Shown one piece after another: positions 57,719 to 64,000 of a stretch of 64,000 nt of DNA. A model generated the notes under the pieces. It worked only from the letters and a program-made list of their open reading frames with translations, did no database searches and had not been told where the DNA came from. The translations under genes and the position numbers were made by a program. The stretch is from positions 160,001 through 224,000 of the forward strand of contig JANQNK010000001.1 in the NCBI GenBank assembly GCA_028279595.1, given 5' to 3'. Positions within the stretch are counted from its first letter, which is position 1. Each line of letters opens with the position of its first letter. This stretch comes from Thermoplasmatota archaeon. GTDB taxonomy: Archaea > Thermoplasmatota > JAKEGO01.

Positions 57719-58657
57719 ATGTTCGATCTCCGCAAGGGCTACGACTTTCCGCCATTCAGGCCTCCCAACGAGGCCTCCTCGGCACTGATCCGGGTTACCC
57801 GGGGATGTCCCTGGAACCGGTGCGAGTTCTGTACCATGTACAAGGGCACACGGTTCCAGATGCGACCCCTCGAGGATGTCAAGCGGGACGTCGACACCGC
57901 CGCGGAGATCTTCCTCGGGTCGAGGACGGTGTTCATCGCGGACTCCGACAGTCTCGTGCGGAAGGACATCGTGGAGATCATGGAGTACGTCAGGGAGAAG
58001 TTCCCGGATGCCGAGCGGATCACCTCGTACGGAAGGGCCAGGACCCTTAGGGTCCTCGGTCCCGAGAGGTTGAAAAGGATCAGGGAGGCCGGGCTCACAA
58101 GGATCCACATGGGCCTGGAGTCCGGGGACAAGGAGACCCTCGAGATGATGCAAAAGGGCGTGGGTCCCGAGGAGATGATCGCTGGCGGGAAGGCCGCCCG
58201 GGAGGCGGGCCTCGACCTCTCCCTTTACGTTCTGATCGGCGCAGGAGGGCCCGACCGTCTGAGGGAGCACGCCCTCGGCTCGGCTCGTGTCTGCAATGCC
58301 ATCGATCCGGACTTCATCCGGCTGAGGACACTGGTCGTCGAGCACGCCTCTTCCCTCGAGGCGAAGCTCAAGCAGGGAACCTTCAGGACGACGACCCCCC
58401 TCCAGAAGCTCGAGGAGGTGAGGACGTTCGTCGATGCTCTGGAGGTCACTGATTGCCAGTTCGCTTCCGACCACTTCGCTAACTACATCTGGATCGACCA
58501 CGAATGCGTCTACGACGGTATCGCAGGCCACCTACCGGGGGACAAGGCTAGGATGCTGGCCAAGTTGGACCGCGCCATCGAGAGGATCGGCTCGACGGAC
58601 GGCGACGTACAGGACGTAACGATCCTGCACGAAAGGGGTCTTGTCGGACATCTCTGA
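57719..58657 (+). CDS. Radical SAM protein of unknown function
   Basis: RPP.EA.S, GCPWNRCEFC (Cx4Cx2C), GLESG, SDH..N. Confidence 0.88.
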   Translation: MFDLRKGYDFPPFRPPNEASSALIRVTRGCPWNRCEFCTMYKGTRFQMRPLEDVKRDVDTAAEIFLGSRTVFIADSDSLVRKDIVEIMEYVREKFPDAERITSYGRARTLRVLGPERLKRIREAGLTRIHMGLESGDKETLEMMQKGVGPEEMIAGGKAAREAGLDLSLYVLIGAGGPDRLREHALGSARVCNAIDPDFIRLRTLVVEHASSLEAKLKQGTFRTTTPLQKLEEVRTFVDALEVTDCQFASDHFANYIWIDHECVYDGIAGHLPGDKARMLAKLDRAIERIGSTDGDVQDVTILHERGLVGHL

Positions 58658-58659
58658 GC

Positions 58660-58938
58660 TCATCCGCCGCTTATCGGGATGAAGAAGAGTATCTCATCGC
58701 CGTCCTTCAGGGCCGTATCGGTCCCGTCGAGGGCGTTGATCGGCCTGTCGTTCACGAACAGAATGAAGTAGTCGGTCAGTTCCCCGTCGGGCTCGTAGAG
58801 CTCATCCCTCAATTTAGGGTACTTATCGACGAGATGATCCAACAGGTCCGAGACGGTCGAGCCCTCCAGCTCCTCCTCGATCTCCCGCGAACCCACAGCG
58901 TCCGAAAAGGGCTTGAGAAGGTTCACCTTGACCATCAT
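58660..58938 (-). CDS. moaD: MoaD/ThiS/SAMP ubiquitin-like protein
   Basis: VN, L.DGDE...P.SGG C-terminus. Confidence 0.85.
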   Translation of the reverse strand: MMVKVNLLKPFSDAVGSREIEEELEGSTVSDLLDHLVDKYPKLRDELYEPDGELTDYFILFVNDRPINALDGTDTALKDGDEILFFIPISGG

Positions 58939-59049
58939 CCACTAGGCATTGGAGGCCACGTATTTAGCGGTTATTCCAGAAACCACCCACACGTTACGTT
59001 TTTGTATCCCAGACCCATTGTCTGAACGCTAGCGTTAGGGGGCATCAGC

Positions 59050-60258
59050 ATGGGTTTCGAGAAGGCATACATTCCGTACGGGGCTTACTGGAGCACGCCG
59101 TTCTGCAGGTGGCAGGGGAGCTTCCAGAACCAGCATGCGATCGTATTCGCGGCAGATGTCGCGAGGATGTTCTTCGAGAGGAGCGGGATCCCCGTCGCGG
59201 ACCTGGACGGGGTGATCCTCGGCACGACCATCCCCCAGAGGAACGTCTTCTACGGTACTCCCTGGTTCGCTGGCATGATAGGGGCTGACAGAGTGACTGG
59301 ACCCATGGTCGGACAGGCGTGCGCCACATCAGCCAAGGCGGTCGAGCTCGCGGCACAGGGGATCGAGACCGGGACGAACAGGGTCATGCTCGCCGCATGC
59401 GCCGACAGGTGCAGCAACGGACCCCTCCTCGTCTACCCCAACGCCGGGAGGCCGGGAGCCACACAGGACACCGAGAGCTGGGTATGGGACAACTTCGGAC
59501 ACGACCCGTTCGCTAAGAACGCGATGGTCGAGACCGCGGAGAACGTCGCCCGGGAGGAGGGGATCATGAAGGAGGAGCAAGACGAGGTGACCCTCATCAG
59601 ATATCAGCAGTACGAGGCTTCCCTGGCCAACGACCTCGAGTTCCAGAAGCGTTACATGATCACGCCCATCGATGTAATGGACTCCCGCGGAAAGAAGGTC
59701 GTCGCTACGGTCGATGGCGACGAGGGCGTGTTCCCGACCAATGCCGAGGGCCTCGCGAAGTTGAAACCCGTCATGCAGGGCGGCACGGTCACCTTCGGGT
59801 CCCAGACCCATCCGGCCGACGGGAACACTGGCATAATGATCACGGACAAGGAGAGCGCCGCGAAGTATTCGACCAGGGACGACGTCGAGGTACAGATACT
59901 CTCTTACGGTGAGGGGCGTGCGGAGAAGGGCTACATGGCCAAGGCTATCGTGCCGGCGGCTGACCGGGCCCTCGAGGCCGCGGGTATCGGGATGTCCGAC
60001 GTCGCAGCCATCAAGACCCACACACCGTTCGCCGTGAATGACATCTACTTCTGCCGGACCTACGGACTGGAGTACGACGCGATGAACAACTACGGCTGTT
60101 CCCTCATCTACGGTCATCCGCAGGGACCCACCGGGTCCCGCGGGATAATGGAGATGATCGAGGAGCTGGTCCTCCTCGACGGAGGCTACGGTCTCTTCGA
60201 CGGATGCGCCGCCGGAGACACCGGCGCCGCCCTGGTCCTCAAGGTCACTATCTCATAG
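59050..60258 (+). CDS. Thiolase (acetyl-CoA C-acyltransferase)
   Basis: QACATS, ETAENVA, ADG, GHP.G.TG, GCAAG. NEAF is replaced by HTPF. Confidence 0.9.
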   Translation: MGFEKAYIPYGAYWSTPFCRWQGSFQNQHAIVFAADVARMFFERSGIPVADLDGVILGTTIPQRNVFYGTPWFAGMIGADRVTGPMVGQACATSAKAVELAAQGIETGTNRVMLAACADRCSNGPLLVYPNAGRPGATQDTESWVWDNFGHDPFAKNAMVETAENVAREEGIMKEEQDEVTLIRYQQYEASLANDLEFQKRYMITPIDVMDSRGKKVVATVDGDEGVFPTNAEGLAKLKPVMQGGTVTFGSQTHPADGNTGIMITDKESAAKYSTRDDVEVQILSYGEGRAEKGYMAKAIVPAADRALEAAGIGMSDVAAIKTHTPFAVNDIYFCRTYGLEYDAMNNYGCSLIYGHPQGPTGSRGIMEMIEELVLLDGGYGLFDGCAAGDTGAALVLKVTIS

Positions 60259-60269
60259 GGAGGTTCGGA

Positions 60270-62306
60270 ATGAAGATGCAGAAGGTGGGCGTCATCGGCG
60301 CCGGCAACATGGGAAGCGGGATCGCGCAGAGGATCGCCCAGGAGGACATCCAGGTCGTCATGGTCGACATGGAGGACGAGTTCGTCGAGCGAGGGATGGA
60401 GAACATCCGTAAGACACTCGGCGAGGGCGTCGAGAGGCGCATATTCACCGCCGAGCGGATGGAGAAGATACTCTCAAACATCACGGGGACCACCGACAGG
60501 AAGGCCGTCGCAGACGCAGACCTGGTCATCGAGGTCATCTTCGAGGACATGGCGGTCAAGAAACAGCTCTTCAGTGAACTGGACGATATATGTTCACAAA
60601 AGACGGTGCTCGCCTCGAACACATCATCCTTCTCCATCACGGAGCTCGCCGACGCCGTGAGGCGCAAGGACAGGTTCGTAGGGCTCCACTTCTTCTACCA
60701 TCCGGCCAAGAACCGGCTCCTCGAGGTCATTCCAGGTGAGTGGACAGGCGATGGTACCGTCGCCATGGCCGAGGAGTTCGCCCGTACGATCGGGAAGACG
60801 GGCATCAACGTCAAGGACGCTCCCGGGTTCGCCGTGAACAGGTTTTTCGTCCCGTGGCTCAACGAGGCCGCCCGCCTCCACGGCGAGGAGATCTCGATCC
60901 CCACGATCGACGAGACCGCGAAACGGGTCTTCGACATCGGCATGGGGCCCTTCGAACTGATGAACGTCACCGGGATACCGATCGCGTACCACTCGACAGT
61001 GAGCCTCGGGAACGCCCTCGGGGACTTTTACGGTCCCAGCGACAGGCTGGCACGCCAGTTCGAGTCCGGAGAGGAATGGGACCTGTCCGGTGAGATCGAC
61101 GACCACCAGGTGGCCACTGTCGAGGAACGACTGCTCGGTACGGTATTCACTGTGGCATGCCAGCTCGTCCAGGAGGGGGTGGCCAGCATCGAGGATACCG
61201 ACAGGGGAGCCAAGATCGGCCTACGATGGTCGTCAGGTCCCTTCGAGATGATGAACGCTGTCGGGATCGAGCGGGCGCACGGCATCGTCACCGATTTCGT
61301 CGGATGGTACGACGACCTCGAGATGCCCCGGAACCTGGAGACGCAGCTTTCACTCGGCCGACCGTGGGACATCAGCTACGTCGATCTTGCAGTCGATGGA
61401 CGCATCGCTCATGTGACATTCAACAGGCCAGAGGCCCTCAACTCCATCAACGAGACCGTGATGAAGCAGCTGGACGAACGTTTCTTCGAGGCAGAGATCA
61501 CCGACGGCGTCGAGGTCATTGTCCTCGAGGGCGCCGGCAAGGCGTTCGTGGCCGGAGCCGACATCGCCTACTTCATCGAGAAGATCGACGAGGACAGGAT
61601 AGACGACATAGTCGAGTTCACGTCGTTCGGCCACAAGGTCCTGAAGAGGATCGACAGCTCCGAGAAGCTGGTCATCGCGAAGCTGGACGGCCTCGCCATG
61701 GGCGGGGGGACCGAGATAACCCTTGCCGCAGACACGATCGTGGCGACCGAACGTGGGAGCCTGGCCCTCCCCGAGACGGGAATAGGTATCTATCCCGGTC
61801 TGGGTGGAACGCAGCGAATGACAAGGTATATTGGGAAGGAGCTCGCGAAGTACCTCGTCCTTACCGGAAGGCCCCTTGACGCGGTCACGGCCAAGGACAT
61901 CGGGCTGGTGGAATACGTGTTCCCCTCCTCCGAGGTCGATGAGAGGATAGAGGAACTCGTCAGGAGCGGTCCCGTGATGACCAAGGAGAGCAGGGAGGAG
62001 GTCACACTTCCGGAGAACATGAGCGCGATCAAGGACCTCTTCTCGAACGCCAACCTGCAGATGCTCCTCAAGGGGGACCCGGGCCTGGATGAGACCGGCA
62101 GCAAGCTGGCCCAGACGATATCGAGGAAGGCACCCATCGCCGTGAAGATAGCGAACACGTTGATCGACGAGGGAGCGGACATAGACCTCGATGACGGACT
62201 CCAGCTGGAGCTGGACCATCTCAACGAGATATTCAGGACAAAGGACGCTTACGAGGGGCTCTCGTCGGTACTCGAGAGACGGAGGCCTTCTTTCAGCGGG
62301 GAATAG
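60270..62306 (+). CDS. 3-hydroxyacyl-CoA dehydrogenase / enoyl-CoA hydratase fusion
   Basis: GAGNMGSG, ASNTSS, GLHFF.P, PGF.VNR; C-terminal crotonase NRPEALN, AGAD, GGG.E, PE..IG..PG.GGTQR. Confidence 0.93.
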   Translation: MKMQKVGVIGAGNMGSGIAQRIAQEDIQVVMVDMEDEFVERGMENIRKTLGEGVERRIFTAERMEKILSNITGTTDRKAVADADLVIEVIFEDMAVKKQLFSELDDICSQKTVLASNTSSFSITELADAVRRKDRFVGLHFFYHPAKNRLLEVIPGEWTGDGTVAMAEEFARTIGKTGINVKDAPGFAVNRFFVPWLNEAARLHGEEISIPTIDETAKRVFDIGMGPFELMNVTGIPIAYHSTVSLGNALGDFYGPSDRLARQFESGEEWDLSGEIDDHQVATVEERLLGTVFTVACQLVQEGVASIEDTDRGAKIGLRWSSGPFEMMNAVGIERAHGIVTDFVGWYDDLEMPRNLETQLSLGRPWDISYVDLAVDGRIAHVTFNRPEALNSINETVMKQLDERFFEAEITDGVEVIVLEGAGKAFVAGADIAYFIEKIDEDRIDDIVEFTSFGHKVLKRIDSSEKLVIAKLDGLAMGGGTEITLAADTIVATERGSLALPETGIGIYPGLGGTQRMTRYIGKELAKYLVLTGRPLDAVTAKDIGLVEYVFPSSEVDERIEELVRSGPVMTKESREEVTLPENMSAIKDLFSNANLQMLLKGDPGLDETGSKLAQTISRKAPIAVKIANTLIDEGADIDLDDGLQLELDHLNEIFRTKDAYEGLSSVLERRRPSFSGE

Positions 62307-62307
62307 G

Positions 62308-62898
62308 ATGGTAGTCGTCGGACTCACCGGAGGGATCTGCGCCGGGAAGACCCTGGTGGCCTCGATGATGGGCGAGATGGGTGCCCGCGTCTACGACGCA
62401 GACGCCGCAGTCCATCAACTCCTGTTGAGGGAGGACATCATGAATGCCGTCATCGATCTCCTCGGACCCCAGATTATCGTAGAAGGCCGGCTGGACCGGA
62501 AGCTCATTGCGGACATCGTATTCGAGGACAGGGAAGCCCTGCACGGACTTGAGGCCATACTCCATCCCGCCGTCCACGTCCAGGTGATGGAGATCGTCTA
62601 TCATCTTCCGGGGTACGGGATCCTTGTACTCGACGCACCCTTGCTCATCGAGGCTGAACACGAGGACATCTGCGACGTGCTCATACACGTGGCCGTTGAC
62701 CCTGGTGTCCTGGCGGACAGACTGATGGAACGCGGGATGACGATGGAGGAAATGGAGCGGAGGTCCGATCGTCAGATGTCCGAGGGGGACAAGATCGCCC
62801 TCGCCTCGGCCGTGATCGACAATTCCGGGACCATATCCGAGACGAGGGAGCAGGTCGAGCGCGCCTGGCGGGACAACGTACTCCCGCTGACGCGGTGA
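62308..62898 (+). CDS. coaE: Dephospho-CoA kinase, bacterial type
   Basis: VGLTGGICAGKT, DAD..VH, LDR..IA..VF, LEAILHP, DAPLL.E, IDNSG. Confidence 0.9.
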   Translation: MVVVGLTGGICAGKTLVASMMGEMGARVYDADAAVHQLLLREDIMNAVIDLLGPQIIVEGRLDRKLIADIVFEDREALHGLEAILHPAVHVQVMEIVYHLPGYGILVLDAPLLIEAEHEDICDVLIHVAVDPGVLADRLMERGMTMEEMERRSDRQMSEGDKIALASAVIDNSGTISETREQVERAWRDNVLPLTR

Positions 62899-63040
62899 GT
62901 TGAACGAGTTGACCGTGGTCCAAACGACCTTGCACATCATCAGATGTCAATAATAAGCGAATAATTTCTCGGTCATTTCTCCGAGTGGCCAGACCGAAAA
63001 CCTTTTCGTTGCGATTTCGATAGGGAGGACCGGTGACACA

Positions 63041-64000
63041 ATGGAAGATTGGTTCTTCACAGAGGAGCAGCGTATGTTCCGCGAGAGTCTGAGAGAATAC
63101 CTCCAGCATCACTTTTCGCTCGAGGTCATTGAACATATAGAGGAGAAGAGAGAGATCCCCAAGGCGATCATCGAGGCCATGGCGGAGTTCGAACTTTTCT
63201 GTCCGATGGTCTCCGAGGATTACGGTGGGGCGGGGTTCGACCTCGTGACCGCCGGGATAGTCGGAGAGGAGCTTGCTAGGGTCGACCCGACCGGCTCGAC
63301 CTGCGTTTACTACCTCGTTCCGGCATCGTGGAGCAGGATCATCGACCTCTACGGGACTGAGGAGGCGAAGCAGGAGCTGCTACCCAAGATGACCAAGGGT
63401 GAGATATTCTGCGGAATAGCCTCGACCGAGGCCGACACTGGGTCCGACCTCGGGAACATGATAACCACGATCAAGCCCGACGGCGACGGTTACGTCGTCA
63501 ACGGCGCCAAGAACTACATCTCTGGCGTGCGTGAGGCCTCCACTCTCGGAGGCGGGCATGTCACCCTCGCACGACAGGACCTAGACGCCGGGGTCCGCGG
63601 ATGTACGCTATTCTACCTTCCACTGACCGCGGACGGGATCGAGATATCCCAGGACCGCGAGATGGGCAGGGAGGGCATGTCGACCGGCGGGTTCCGGATC
63701 GATAACGTCAAGATACCCAAGCATTACCTCATCGGCGAGGAGAACAAGGGCTTCTACATTATCCACGAGGGATACGAGGCAGCTCGCGGGATCATCGCAT
63801 GCGTGTGCGCCGGTGCGGCCCTGAAGGCGCTCGAGAACGCCGTCGCCTACATGAAGGAGCGCAAGACTTTCGGACAACCGCTGGCACGATACCAGGGGAT
63901 GCAGTTCCCCCTCGCCGAGCACTGGTCGAAGATGATGATGGTCCGCGACTGGGGCTACAAGGCCCTCAGGATAATGGACCAGGAGAAGCAGGGGAAGGCG
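63041..64000 (+). CDS. Acyl-CoA dehydrogenase (runs off window end)
   Basis: Manual translation: MEDWFFTEEQRMFR..YGG.G..EELAR..STEADTGSD..VNGAK.YIS..R.TFG.PL..YQG.QF. SD GGAGG upstream. Confidence 0.92.
   Translation, partial: MEDWFFTEEQRMFRESLREYLQHHFSLEVIEHIEEKREIPKAIIEAMAEFELFCPMVSEDYGGAGFDLVTAGIVGEELARVDPTGSTCVYYLVPASWSRIIDLYGTEEAKQELLPKMTKGEIFCGIASTEADTGSDLGNMITTIKPDGDGYVVNGAKNYISGVREASTLGGGHVTLARQDLDAGVRGCTLFYLPLTADGIEISQDREMGREGMSTGGFRIDNVKIPKHYLIGEENKGFYIIHEGYEAARGIIACVCAGAALKALENAVAYMKERKTFGQPLARYQGMQFPLAEHWSKMMMVRDWGYKALRIMDQEKQGKA

Noticed and set aside
763-62327. Many long antisense or alternate-frame ORFs (e.g. 9219-10235, 21352-22545, 41605-42585, 52187-53173, 61350-62327) and over-extended 5' ends (763, 9045, 11485, 16943, 48202, 60204)
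   Set aside because: These are shadows of real genes in high-GC DNA with no family motifs; better starts with SD or stop-start overlap exist.

Overview
Chromosomal segment of a GC-rich (about 60% by eye) archaeon, most likely Thermoplasmata. The evidence is proteasome beta, aCPSF1, Taw1, eIF5A, CarS, Sec61beta, MptA and an intron-containing tRNA-Tyr, alongside bacterial-type purH and rpe. Positions 1-34.3 kb hold mostly housekeeping genes, two tRNA loci with integration-scar-like duplications, two AT-rich surface-protein inserts, a small glycosylation cluster containing an out-of-context Spt5, and a solo Cas4-like nuclease split by four transmembrane helices. From 34.4 kb to the end is an approximately 30-kb anaerobic aromatic/acyl-CoA catabolic island. 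It contains a DUF2080+GNAT head module with repeated operator-like boxes, a Bzd-type class I benzoyl-CoA reductase (bzdNOPQ, ferredoxin, BzdV), a sirtuin, a tungsten/molybdenum AOR, a divergent 2-hydroxyacyl-CoA dehydratase/activase module with two CoA ligases, a PanE-like reductase and a GlcD-GlcF fusion, and a beta-oxidation set. Non-coding highlights are a four-copy REP-like hairpin with covarying stems, a shared inverted-repeat signature beside tRNA 3'-end copies at two loci, a duplicated tRNA-Tyr 5' half carrying a 48-nt insertion, and a 66-bp tandem repeat. All calls come from reading the sequence and recalling family motifs; no searches were run.
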